Shown here: piece by piece, positions 23,156 to 35,040 of the stretch
Numbering within the stretch: the stretch's first letter is position 1
Layout: each line of letters starts with the position of its first letter
NCBI RefSeq assembly: GCF_004010195.1
Contig: NC_057720.1
Coordinates: 23,513,503-23,558,358 of the forward strand
Direction of reading: 5' to 3'
Length of the DNA: 44,856 nucleotides
Source of the DNA: Chiloscyllium plagiosum
Taxonomy: Eukaryota
Program-made: the position numbers and the translations under genes
Notes under the pieces: generated by a model
Told to the model about the DNA's origin: nothing
The model's input: the letters and a program-made list of their open reading frames with translations, nothing else
Databases searched by the model: none

Positions 23156-24104
23156 CTTCCAATTAAACCTGTTGGACTATAACCTGGTGTTGTGTGATTT
23201 TTAACTTTGTACACTCTTCAGCAGAAAGTCTGGTGCAATCCTGGGCACAGAGGCTTTGATCAGTTAACTCAGCACAATTTAGGGATTGACCCTGGATTAG
23301 TCCTGATCAGTAAGACTCAATTTCCAATTGTATAAACTCACTGCTAGAAACCACCGCAACACATGCATTGTGTCACCCCAATGCTTTCACATAAATCTTC
23401 ATTGCCAAGCCTGATCCAAATACTTCAGGAAAAACGCCAACATTTAAAGAGATTACCAAGGGGTCAGAGATGAGATGGAGGTGGGGATAGTGCATCATCT
23501 ATTAGCTTGACCAAAGCATTGAGGCATAGACTGTTATATCTCTTCCATTAGGTATCTATAAAGGTGATAGATGGGTGCAAACATTATTTGTGATCTGGTA
23601 TTTACAAAACATCTCGTGAAGCCAGCTATGTGATGAAAATGCATCTTTGCAATTTTTGTCTATCTTCATGCTAGATAATAATTTTTCATCTCCAAACTAT
23701 TGACAAAGGTTTTACAATCAACTCAACTGATCTCTGTAAATGTGCAAAAGAATTTGGACCCATCGAAGGTGAGACTAACATTCTGTTACATAACTCCAGG
23801 ATATGCTTATGTTAGAATTCACTTGATATCAGATCTCAATGGGACCAAGAATTTTCTGAATATTGAAAACTCTAAACATATAGTTAATTGTCAGATCAAT
23901 GGTAAATATTGAACACTAATATCTTCCTAGTACAGTCATCATTTTCGTTCTCTGCCTCTCTCTTGCCTCTGTATCTCGTCACAGAAACAAAGCATGATAG
24001 GTTTTATTAAGTAGTTGAGACAGTGGCTTGGTTATTTATTAACACACCACTTTTAAGGGCTTAATTGAAATTTTAAGGTTCAATTAAATCCTTCCAACAA
24101 GTAC

Positions 24105-25113
24105 GTAAGTTAGCTCACTGAACTGGAAGGTTCGTTTGCAGACATTTTATTACCATGATGATGTAACATCTTCAATGAGAGTCTCTGGTGAAGCGCTGGT
24201 GGTGTCCCGCCTCTCTATTTATAGGTCTTGGTTTCTTAAGATGGGTGATGTTATTTCTGGTTCTTTTTTATAAGGGAAGGTAGATGGGATCGAATTCGAT
24301 GTGTTTATTGATGGACATGATTCGGAGCTGCCGATAAATAAACCTATAATCCAACAGGTTCATTTGGAAGCACTAGCTTTCGAGGTGCTGCCTTATCAGG
24401 TGGTTGCATTGTTTTTGCTTGTTTGGATTTGTTTCTGAGGAATCGGCAGATTGTGTTTATTGTTTATTACCAACATACAGACTAGCCAAGAGCTGCAAAC
24501 AGCAGAAGAAAAATATCTATACAATGTTTTCAAGAAACTTGGCATCATGGTAGTCCACAAAACTACCATCACACTGAAACAGCAATTAATGAACCTAATG
24601 GATCCATTAGATACTACCAGCAAAACTAACATCATTTACAAAATACCATGCAAGGACTGTAAAAATAGATTATATCAGACAAACAAGCAGGAAACTTGCC
24701 ACCAGGATACACCAACGAACCACCAAAAGACATGACCGACTATCACTAGTTTCCATGCATACAGACAAAGAAGGACCCACTTTGACTGGGACAACATACT
24801 AGCTCAGGGAAAACAAAGACACGCATGAGAATTCCTAGAGGTATGGCATTCTAACCAGAACTCCATTAATAAATACATCGACTTAGATCCGATCTACCTT
24901 CCCTTGAAAAAAAAAACTATAAATGACCCACCTTAAGAAACCAAGACCAATAAATAGAGAGATGGGACATACCACCAGCACTTCACCGGAGACTCTCTCT
25001 GATGATGTTAGCTAGTCACGTTAACAAAATGTCTGAAAGCAAACCTTTCAGCTCAGTGAGCTAACTTACACATTTATCATCAACCTGAGCTCCAAACCTC
25101 TCATAAATTGCTA
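24105..25113 (+). mobile_element. Truncated Penelope-like retroelement (GIY-YIG remnant) with inverted terminal copy; family C
   Basis: HKTTITLKQQL..DPLDTTSKTNIIYKIPCKDC, then FDWDN, EFLEVWHSN, SINKYIDLDPIY across frameshifts, typical of PLE GIY-YIG endonucleases; ~210-bp inverted repeat 24105-24315 / 24862-25069; decayed hammerhead at ~24999-25033. Confidence 0.88.
24317..24405 (-). mobile_element. Deleted family B element nested in the family C PLE
   Basis: atgattcggag...tccaacaggtt..ggaagcactagctttcg...atcaggtggttg. Confidence 0.7.
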
Positions 25114-25275
25114 GTCCTTTCAATGTCCACAGATTGCTCACAAAATTTCAATGCAAGCAGCATGAGTGAGCAAGTTCCTGGTAATATTGGCCTATATCCA
25201 GATAGTCATTGATGCAGTGTAGACTTGAATTGCACATCGGTACTACATGCAATTCTGATGCAGCTAACTCCATAA

Positions 25276-26244
25276 TGTGATCAAGGATAGTCAGCATGGT
25301 TTTGTGAAGGGCAGGTCGTGCCTCACAAACCTTATTGAATTCTTTGAGAAGGTGACTAAGGAGGTGGACGAGGGGAAAGCGGTAGATGTGGTGTATATGG
25401 ATTTTAGTAAGGCGTGTAATAAGGTTCCCCATTGTAGACTACTAAGCTGCAGTGCTGGGCAGAAAGGTGGCAAATGGAATTCAATGTAGCTAAGTGTGAG
25501 GTGATTCACTTTGGGAAGAATAACAAAGAGATGGGGTACTGGGCTAATGGTCGGATACTTGGTCGTGTGGATGAGCAGAGGGATCTTGGTGTCCATGTAC
25601 ACAGATTTTTGAAAGTTGCCACCCAGGTAAATAGTGCGGTGAGGAAGGCATATGGCGTACTGGCTTTTATTGGTAGAGGAATTGAGTTCCGGAGTACTGA
25701 GGTCATGTTGCAGTTGTATAGGACTCTGGTGCGGCCGCATCTGGAATATTGTGTGCAGTTTTGGTCGCCATACTATAGGAAGGATGTGGTGGCACTGGAA
25801 CGGGTGCAGAGGAGGTTTACCAGGATGTTGCCTGGTATGGTAGGAAGATTGTATGAGGAAAGGCTGAGGCACTTGGGGTTGTTTTCAATGGTGTAAAGAA
25901 GGTTTAGGGGTGACTTGATGATTAGGGGTTTAGATAGGGTTGACCATGAGAGCCTTTTTCCACGTATGGAGTCAGCTATTACGAGGGGGCATAGCTTTAA
26001 ATTAAGGGGTGGTAGGTATAGGACAGATATTAGGGGTAGATTCTTTACTCAGCGAGTCGTGAGTTCATGGAATGACCTGCCAGTAGCAGTGGTAGACTCT
26101 CCCTCTTTATGGGCATTTAAGCGGGCATTGGATAGGCATATGGAGGATAGTGGGCTAGTGTAGGTTAGGTGGGCTTTGAATCGGCGCAACATCGAAAGCC
26201 AAAGGGCCTGTACTGCGCTGTGTTTTTCTATGTTCTATGTTCTA
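25276..26244 (+). mobile_element. CR1 LINE 3' part with internal deletion near 25440
   Basis: SQHGFVKGRSCLTNLIEFFE..VDVVYMDFSKA jumps to [26 protein letters not shown]; (ttctatg)n tail. Confidence 0.93.
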
Positions 26245-26434
26245 TAAGGGTTATCAAGGAAATTGAATTTTCTAATAGGTAATTCTCCTGAGTCTGGAGC
26301 ACTCTGAAATAGTTGCACATAGTTGGAGATTTCAGAGGATTCTAGCTTACTTAGATTTATTATTTACCCAGGAAATGTAGGAGGATTAAAAATGCACTCT
26401 GACTCTTGGTAACTATTAAATTGAATAAAAATAA

Positions 26435-26546
26435 ACAATGACTTGCAGATGCTGGAAATAAGAAACAAAAACAGAAATGTGTCTGGTAGCATCTATGGAG
26501 AGAAAGCAAAGATAATGTTTTGGGTTCAGTGCCCCTTCTTCAGAAC
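26435..26546 (-). mobile_element. Family D short element, decayed hammerhead
   Basis: Minus strand ctgaagaaggggcactgaacccaaaacatt; body similar to the 17972 copy. Confidence 0.7.
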
Positions 26547-27159
26547 AGAAAATTGAACCTCTGATTCACAACTGACAAATCTCAACTACTAGTTCCCCTA
26601 AACATTGATATCCCTGACATAACCCCCACTTGTCACTGAATCTGACAGCCTTAGCCTAACCCTGCTGGAGTTGGCAACCAACAGCCCTCCCCACCCAACC
26701 AGCTTGACTTGACCTGACTGAGGTCAACACACCCCTTCATTGGTCTGACAACCTAACCTGTCCCCTTCCTTCTCCCTCATCTTCAGTTTGGCTCAGCCCA
26801 TAAGCAAAGTCAACCCCAATTTGGCCCAGCCCAGATTCCTTCTGCAGGACTGGGCCAAATTTAATGCAACTTTTAAAAAAAGGTTTTTAACAACCTGGTG
26901 TTGTGTGATTTTTAACAATCTCTGGGGTGAGCTATAAACCAAGCATTCAAATTTTCTCAATTATTTCCAAATGAAAAAGTTACCAACAAGATTCCACTTC
27001 TTACTGCTTTTATTATAACATGAATCAGAAGGAATGCAAATTAAACATGAATTAACATGCAAATTATATTTGAAATCAAATAGTTAATTTCACTTTTAAT
27101 AGATAATAAAATGAGATACATTTTACACAACCATAAACATTGGTTCATGGTCAACATCA

Positions 27160-27472
27160 GGGGAGATAATAGCCTAGTGGTGTTATCGCTAGACTATTAA
27201 TCCAGAAACCCAGGTGATGGCATTTAAATTCAATACAAAAAATCTGGAATTAAGAGTCTAATGATGACCATTGTCAGTTGTCTGAAAAACCCATCTGCTC
27301 ACTAATGTCCTTTACGCTAGAAAACTTTCATCATTTCTAGGTCTGACCGACATGGGACTCCAGAACCACAGCAATGAGGTTAACATGAAACTGCCTACTC
27401 GGCAATTGGGAATGGGCAATAAATGCTGCTCAGACAGTGAGGCCCACATCCCATGAATGAATTAAAAAAAAA
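27160..27472 (+). mobile_element. tRNA-derived SINE (family unassigned) with LINE-derived tail
   Basis: Head tagcctagtggt..ctagact, core ctcactaatgtccttta, tail gggcaataaatgctg..gcccacatcccatgaatgaat(A)n shared with the LINE ends near 29190 and 39560. Confidence 0.75.
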
Positions 27473-27579
27473 TCTACAACGCTCCTGCACAAACCTACTA
27501 CTACGTAGTTACACAGTTCCATAATGGACGGTTCTTTGTTTACCCAGATAGTCGAGGTGGTCTATCTCACATTATACCT

Positions 27580-28211
27580 GGACTAAGCCAGACCACTCAA
27601 AACATTCTTAAGCAGACCGCTCAGACCACAACTTTGCAATTTGTTTCAGTGAGTGTACAGTGAAAATTACCCAGAGTAATTGACTACTAGATTTTAAAAC
27701 AGACAAATGTATTCATAAAATTACACAATGAAACACAACAGAATAAAGAACCCCTACAGAACTCAACCTATTCAACTAGACTTAATTATGCTGTTCCAAA
27801 TATACACAACAGTCCCAATAAGCAAACAACCTTTAAAAGCCAGCATAAATGGAACACATGCTTACAGGTTGAAGCTGAAGGGTAGAAAGAGAGAGAGAGA
27901 GAATTCCCACACAGCTTCCTGTTGAACATCCAACCATTTCAGACTGAACTAAACTGCTCAGCGCAGCTAGCGAGAGAGCTGACCACTCCCCTTTCTTTAT
28001 AAAAGTAACTTCTAAAATATGACCACTTTGGCCTGAAGTCTCATCTATTTACATTTAAACAAAAGGCCTTTCAAAATCCTTTCATCTCTGTACCAAAGCA
28101 GACTGATCGGAACCCAGCCCGGTTTACTCCCCCTCTGAGAACAAACCAAGAACAGAGTCTCCTTGAGCCAAGGAATAGCTTTTAGACAAAAAAGGGACTA
28201 ACTTTGCGACA
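27580..28211 (-). mobile_element. Solo LTR (one end eroded)
   Basis: Ends ...ctttgcgaca; starts ggactaagccagacc, similar to the start of the 43605 LTR; acct on both flanks (27576-27579, 28212-28215). Confidence 0.6.
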
Positions 28212-28676
28212 ACCTTTGACTTTCCGAGGTATAATTAGCATCAGCAAGGTACAATTTGACAAACCTTCCCTCTTGGGTTATGACATCATGATTGCTCAGA
28301 GATCTTTTTTAATTGATAAACCAAAAACATCCCGATTCACAGTTTGACCACATACATGAAAAACATCCAATTCTTTCAAGTTACTGAGCTGCTCATAAAA
28401 CTTTCCGGGTTTCGGATTTTTTTTTTACTCAGTTGGTGAAATGCCTCCTGTCTCCTTTTCTGCTGTTCTGCACTGCATTCGCTGCACTCAGTAAAACCCA
28501 GTAAATGAACTGACAAGTCAAAACTTTCCACAGTGGAATCAAAAGTACTTCTTTGGCTCCCACACGTATTTCATAGGCTTTTGCTGTTCTCGGCTCTCCT
28601 GTAACTTTCCCTTGAAACAACCTGATTCTTTTCTTATCCCAATCCATTTCACTTGCCTTGCAGTCAACAGACAGGC

Positions 28677-28778
28677 AAAGACAAAAATAGAAATTGCTGG
28701 GAAAATTCAGTAGGTCTTGCAGCATCTGTGGAGACAAATCAGAGTTGACATTTTTGGTCGAGTGATCCTTCCTCAAAA
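28677..28778 (-). mobile_element. Family D short element
   Basis: gaaattgctgggaaaattcagtaggtcttgcagcatctgtggagac.. homologous to the 17972 copy. Confidence 0.7.
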
Positions 28779-28794
28779 CAAGCAGACTGATTTT

Positions 28795-29197
28795 GATTGG
28801 TACCATATGCACAAGCATTCACTCCCTCCACCACCAATGTTCAGGAACAGCAGTGTGTACTATCTACAAGATGCGCTGCAGAAATTCACTGAAGACCCGA
28901 GACATCACCTTCCAAACCAATGACCATTTCTATCTCGAAGGATGGATACACGGGAACACCATCACCTGCAAGTTCCTCTCCAAGCCACTCACCATCCTGA
29001 TTTGGAAATGTATCACCCTTCTTTCACTGTTCCAGGATTTCCTGAAATTTTTCCCTAACACCATTCTGGGTCCACGTACAACACATGGACTGCAGTGTTT
29101 CAAGAAGGTGCCTCACAACCCCCTTCTTGGGGGCAATTAGGGACATGTGATAAATACTGTCCAGCCAGCGAAGCCCACTTCACACAAATGAATAAAG
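28795..29197 (+). mobile_element. 3' end of a CR1/L2-group LINE
   Basis: SIHSLHHQ..AVCTIYKMRCRNS..WIHGNTITCKF; tail gcccacttcacacaaatgaataaa. Confidence 0.75.
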
Positions 29198-30009
29198 AAG
29201 AGGATTTCTGTCCATGGTCAGATTCACCACAGGGGAACTGACACTGTTATCAAAATGGACTTAATAAAAAGCTCTCCTTCTCTCTTTCCTTCTCTTTTTG
29301 CATCTGATTTGGTGTTAAATTCACTTGGGTGAAATTTGTTTGTGTCAGGAGCACGAACCAGGCTTATTGCAAATTGACAGACTTTAATATACTGTGCCAG
29401 TTCTAATTTTCCAGTGGCTTGGCAAATATTGCCCAAGATTATTAATTTTGATTCATTAAAACTGACAGTGCGACAAGGAAATGAGTTGAAAATAAAGCTT
29501 GTTCACAGCCTGCTGTGAACCCCAGTGTAAAGAATTGCAGTTGTGGTGGAAAATATTGACTAATTCACCACATGGTTTGGGCTAGCATCACTTGTTTTAC
29601 TTCAGTATCATTCTCAATCCATCCTCTGCTTATTTCTTAATTTCAATGCTTAAGGAGATGCACAGCCAGTTCTGTTATTTGTCAGTTTCCTAACTGCCCT
29701 GTTGCCTTTTCTGTTGCCATTAGTTCTCAGTTCCAACAACTTTATGGCCGACATTTTTAAAATCGAAATGTCTATAAACCAGTCAAATTAACATGGGAAA
29801 TGGAGAGAAGGCCCATTCCAACAAAATCTTGGCCAACATAACAGCTAATAAGAGCATACTAAATGACCTGTGTCAGCAATATTAGCCATCTGTTTTGCAA
29901 TTGTTATCAGTACCCAGTATAGCTCTGCTGACAGGAAGGGTTTCATTACCACATCCTTTGTATTCACCTGCATGTAAGTGGGTGGTTCCAACCTTTCCCT
30001 GGGAAAGGT

Positions 30010-30540
30010 TGATTCGTTTTATTATTGTCACATGTACCTAGGTACAGTGAAAGGTTTTGTTTTGTCTGCAGTACGAGCAGATCATGTCATACAAAATGCA
30101 TTAGGGTAATAGACAAAATGAAAAATCTAATGTTATGGCTGTAGAGAAGGTGCTCAAAGGATGAGACCAATATTAAATTTAAAATTTGATAGGTCCATTC
30201 AGAAGTCTAATAACAATGGGGAAGAAGCTGTTCATGAACTGTGCTTTTGCTTTAGTATCTTCTGCGTGATGGATGAAATTATAACCGGGGTGGGAGGGGT
30301 CTTTGATTATGTTGGCTGCCTTCCCAAGGCAGTGAGAAGTGTAGATGGAGTCAATGGATGGAAGGTTAGATTATATGTTGGACTGGGCCATGGACAGAGC
30401 AGTTGCCCCACCTAGTCAGGATGCAACCAGATAGGATGCTTTCTATGGTATATCTATAAAAATTGGTAAGAGTCTTTATGGACATGCTGAATTTCCTTAG
30501 CCTCCTGAGGAAATAGAGGCATTGTCCTGCTTTTTTGAAA
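30010..30540 (-). mobile_element. Rex1/Babar-like LINE 3' fragment
   Basis: KKAGQCLYFLRRLRKF..LTNFYRYTIESILSGCI; tail ttattgtcacatgtacctaggtacagtgaaa. Confidence 0.8.
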
Positions 30541-30739
30541 GTTTGATGCAGGTAAAATGCGTTGGAATCTAGGATTGTCTGCATAGTCTTGCAAAAGAGG
30601 GACTGTCATGGTCAGTAAAATGTACCTGGGTCCAGCTTTCTAGGCATCATAATCCTTGCAGGATGATACATTTGGTAACATTTGGGCTGGCAGGTGTACC
30701 CTCATTCTGCCAATTTGGAAAATGTACATCTATACTTGT

Positions 30740-31466
30740 TGTTATGAAGGTGCAGGAGTGAACTGTAAAAGCTAGCAGAACTACCTAACAGCACCAAGTG
30801 TTCCCAACAAGATACAATGTAACCTTTTGGTCCAGCAGCTAGAGTAGCTGGTTGCCTGGAGACAAAAACAAATTCACATTAGGCCAACCAGTTTAAATTA
30901 TAACCCCAAAATACCAAATTCCAATCAAGTTTGAATTTAGCATATTGACAATATTAAAAACCAATGACACAATACAATGCTTTGGGGATATAAGACTGGG
31001 GAAAACATGAACAGTTGAGGAAGAACTAACAAAAGACCAACAGATGTAGGCTGGTAGTAAGAATTGTTTGAGATGTACTTCTCCAGAGTTTCCTGTGCAA
31101 ACTCTGGAGAAAGAGTTTGCACAGGAAAAGAGATTGACACCGACCTGGAGAGCAAATCTATAGAGGAAGATACCAAGAGAAGATTCGACAGCTGGCTGGT
31201 TTTGAAACTTGAATTTTTCTGTAAATCTTAATCAAGAGTTTTATTGGACTAGTATTATAGAAGGGAAAGAAAAACCATAGGTTAGAGGAAGGAGTTGTAA
31301 ACAGTTGTTAGTTAATTATTCTCTGTTATACTTTAAGAAATAACGTTGTTAATTTTTACTTTAAATAGTACTTGGCCTCTCAAATTTTCACAGATTACTG
31401 CATGGGATAAATCTTTTCTGTGTTGCTGGTTCAAATTAAGCAGGAGGGTTTATTCGTGTTGTAATA
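30740..31466 (+). mobile_element. Solo LTR with 4-bp TSD
   Basis: TGTTATG...GTAATA termini (CA>TA); TSD ttgt at 30736-30739 and 31467-31470; TATA-like gatataag near 30990. Confidence 0.75.
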
Positions 31467-31983
31467 TTGTTCAGAGAAGACCAAGGCATTAAATTCAAAT
31501 AGAAAGTTTTTTTTGGTGCTTTGATAATATATGTTTGATTCATTGTAAGTGAAGTACGTTTAAATTACCTTATCTTGGCCTGTCAACTTATCCAAACTGA
31601 ACATCGAGCCAAGGCCACCAGGAACACCATGATAAAATTTCGAACTTCATAATTACTGCACATTCCAATATAGTTACTGGTCTATTCTGTCTGTTCACCC
31701 ATCTACTCCTCACACCCACCTGTTGAATAAAGATTATCTCGAGGGAAGAGATATTCCTAAGGCTTGTAGTAGCATGGAATGCTAATAAACTTAAAGGTAG
31801 AACTAAGGGTTCACTTCAGCCAATTGTGTTGCCTGCTTGCAAAGACCCCTAGAAATTCAAGAACTGGGATGAATTTTCCCACTTTGAGTTAATACTTTAT
31901 TACAAGATTTATGACTCTTAGTCTACCTGGCTCACACAATCTCTGGTCTTCAGTTCATAAATTATACAACTAGAATCCTGAGG

Positions 31984-32090
31984 TTCTGAAGAAAGGTCCC
32001 TCAAAACATCAACTCCATTTTCTCTCTGCAGATGCTGTTGAGTTTCTCCTGCAATTTCTGTTCTTGTTTGTTCTGATCTCTAGCATCCAA
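31984..32090 (+). mobile_element. Family D short element, decayed
   Basis: ttctgaagaaaggtc...tctctctgcagatgctg..tgagtttctcctgcaatttctg. Confidence 0.6.
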
Positions 32091-32199
32091 CATTGATTTA
32101 TTTATTTAACTCCTCTGTAATTTATTGATTCCTCATTGCTATTTTCTGAGCCTCGTTCTGTAGGGCATCACTAAGATTGTCACTTTGGCAGCTCTCTTC

Positions 32200-32650
32200 T
32201 TTTACCATGTACTTAAAGAATTTCTTACTTTCAATTTTTATATCATTTTAATTTTACCCATAAAGTTTATTTTCTTCCTCTTCATTCTATTTCTGGGTGA
32301 TATTTCATTGGTTATTAAAACTTTCTAAATCTTCTGGCTTGCCACTAATTTTTGCCATATTATATGCTTTTCCTTTCAACTTGATACTATCGTTAACTTC
32401 CTTGCTTAACCATGATTGGTTAATCCCTTCCTAGAATCTTTATTCATCACTGAGATTCCTTTCTTGCAAGCCATGAATTATTTTAATAACATTTGCATTG
32501 TTCACGAGCTATCTTTTCTGCTAAGCCTTTCCAAGTTAACCAACTCTGTAAACTTTTCTTTGGACTTTATTGAACATTATTGCGATTGTTTCTAATCTAT
32601 ATTTCTCACTTTCCACCACAATACTAAATTTTACTATTTCATGATCAATG
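32200..32650 (-). mobile_element. Highly degenerate CR1 fragment
   Basis: ttctggcttgccactaattttt.. is similar to the CR1 at ~2620-2640. Confidence 0.5.
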
Positions 32651-33411
32651 TTTCAGCTTATCTCTACTTCTGCTCATGCTGTTTATAGAACTATTAGTGT
32701 GTCCAGTTCTGCATTAAAGCCCATGGTTTTGTGAATTGCCATATCGTTTTGTTAGCTATGCAGTATTGCAAATTGAGGCCAGGGAGACACAAACTTGTGG
32801 GAAATCCTCTTCCTGAAGCTCTCCACGATCTCCCATACAGTATGAGATCCCACCCCCTATCTTGAATCTTTCCTCTCACTGTAACCATACACTCAGTGGC
32901 CCAAACCAATGAGCCCCATCCTCAGACTTGTGTTTCCACTTTCCCTGGAACTCCATGCACTGTCTCAGTCCAATTCCAACATCACTTTATCCTTAATGAC
33001 TTTGGAGCACAGCAACCCTGACCATTACTGGGCAAAGCCCGAGGCCTGACCAAAGGCCCCTCCCCCTGACCTGGCACTGAATGAGCACAGACACTCCCCA
33101 GACTCAGCAACTCTCTGACTGACCTTTATGCATTCCAGGATTTCTTGCACTTGACCTGCACGACTTCTGTTGTCCGCTCCCTGGACTGCAAAAACACAAA
33201 TCCCTGGATTCTGGACAATGGTAATAATTGTACCGCAATTGGACAATCCACTCAAAAGAATGTGACAGTACCGCCAAATGACTGCTGACCCCCTGACCCA
33301 ACTAAGGACTGCTCCCCTTTGACTTTCAGGCATAACTAGTTGTTTGAAATACACAGCGACTTTGCCTGGTAAGGTAATTTCCCATGCTATAGGCGTGACA
33401 TTGTAACACAG

Positions 33412-33647
33412 GGAGAAAGTAAGGACTGCAGATGCTCGTGATCAGAGCCAAAAAGTGTGGCATTAGAGAAACACAGCCAGTCAGGTAGCATCCGAGGAGC
33501 ACGAGAATCGACGTTTTGAGCATAAGCTTATCATCAGCAATGTAAGATTTCCAGGTGAAGAGTTTATGCTTGAAATGTTGACTCTCCTGCTCCTCAGATG
33601 CTGCCTGACCGGCTGTGCTTTTCCAGTGTCAATTTTTTTGACATTGA
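33412..33647. mobile_element. Older palindromic family A element
   Basis: 10-bp TSD tgtaacacag (33402-33411, 33648-33657); arms are diverged inverted copies; minus strand ctgatgataagcttatgctcaaaacgtcgattc. Confidence 0.78.
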
Positions 33648-34159
33648 TGTAACACAGTGCCATACTGCAGCACAGCCATTCCCTTGATTGTTCTGTGCTT
33701 TCAACTGGGACAAGCTGCCTAGATATCTATCAGCACGATAAAGGTAATAAAAGCCATAGACATGGCAACTTCCAAATAAGCATAAGTGAGTGTTAAGAGA
33801 TTAAGCTAAAATGCAAGAGATGCACCATGTGTCGATACATGAGTGCCCCTGCAGACAAAGCAGCCTGTCAAAATTGTGCAAATCACAGATGTCCCTGAGC
33901 CCCAAAGTCCTAGAAGGGTGAAGTCTTGTAAGATTTTGATTGAAGCCGGCATGTTCATATGATGATGCTGGTGATTTATTTATAATGACCTGCGTAGACA
34001 AAGTGTGGAGGAGGATGTTGTCCAATGAGCATGCAGGACACTGCAATGAAGACAGAAATGGGGAAAAAAACCAGGATAAACAAATGGTGAACTGCAGTCA
34101 GAAGGAACATGTTCTGATTTCCATGTCAGGAACTGGTGTCACCTCATTTCCCTGGAGAT

Positions 34160-35040
34160 TGATTTTGATTTGATTTGATTTATTATTGTCACATATACTG
34201 AGGTACAGTGAAAAGTATTGTTTTGCATGCTATCCAGGCAAATCATACCATATATAAGCACATCAGAGTAATCAAACAGAATGCAGAATATAGTATTACA
34301 GCAAGAAAGAATGTGCAGAGAAATTCAACTCTATTATATGAGAGGTCCATTCAAAATGTCACCTGATAACAGCAGGGGAGAAGCTGTTCTTGGATCAGTT
34401 AGTGCATATTTTCAAACTTTTGTATCTTCTGCCCAATGGAAGAGGGTGGAAGAGAGAATAACAGAGGAGAGGTCTTTGATTATGTTGGCTACTTTCCTGA
34501 AGCAGCAGGAAGTGCAGATGGAATCAATGGATAGAGGTTGGGTGCATGATGCACTGGGCTGTGTTCATGATTCTCTAATTTGTTGCGGTCTTGGGCAGAG
34601 CAGTTGCCATACTAAGCTGTGATGCACCTGGATAGGCTGCTTTCCATGATGTATCTATAAATATTAGCAACAGTCATTGTGGGCATGCTGAATTTCCTTG
34701 GACATTTTGGGAAAATAGAGGCAGTGGTGTGCTTTCTTGATTGTAGCATCGACATGGATGGACCAGGATGGATTATTGGAGATAGTTACTGCTAGGAACT
34801 TGAAGCTCTCAGCCACCTCCATCTCAACACCATTCATACAGAAAGGGGTGTGTCCTCCACTCCACCTCCTGAATTCGATGACGAGCTCCTTCATTTTGCT
34901 GACATCTAGGGAGAGATTGTTGTCTTTACACCATGCCACTAGGCTCTCTATCTCTTTTCTGTACTCTGTCTCTTTGTTGTTTGAGATCCGATCCACTACA
35001 GTGGCATCATCAGTAAACTTGGAAATGGAGTTAGAGCAGA
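34160..35040 (-). mobile_element. Rex1/Babar-like LINE 3' part
   Basis: KFTDDATVV..WCKDNNLSLDVSKMKELVIEFR (34664..35071); (gattt)n tail at ~34160-34180. Confidence 0.85.

Larger units (their letters stand above)
22914..23215. mobile_element. Palindromic family B element with a hammerhead motif on each strand (arms 22943-23075 / 23081-23214)
   Basis: 8-bp TSD cttcagca (22906-22913, 23216-23223); mirror-image ORFs 22974..23162(-) and 22994..23182(+) reflect the palindrome. Confidence 0.88.

Noticed and set aside
22974..23182. Pair of similar 62-aa ORFs on opposite strands as genes
   Set aside because: By-product of the palindromic repeat
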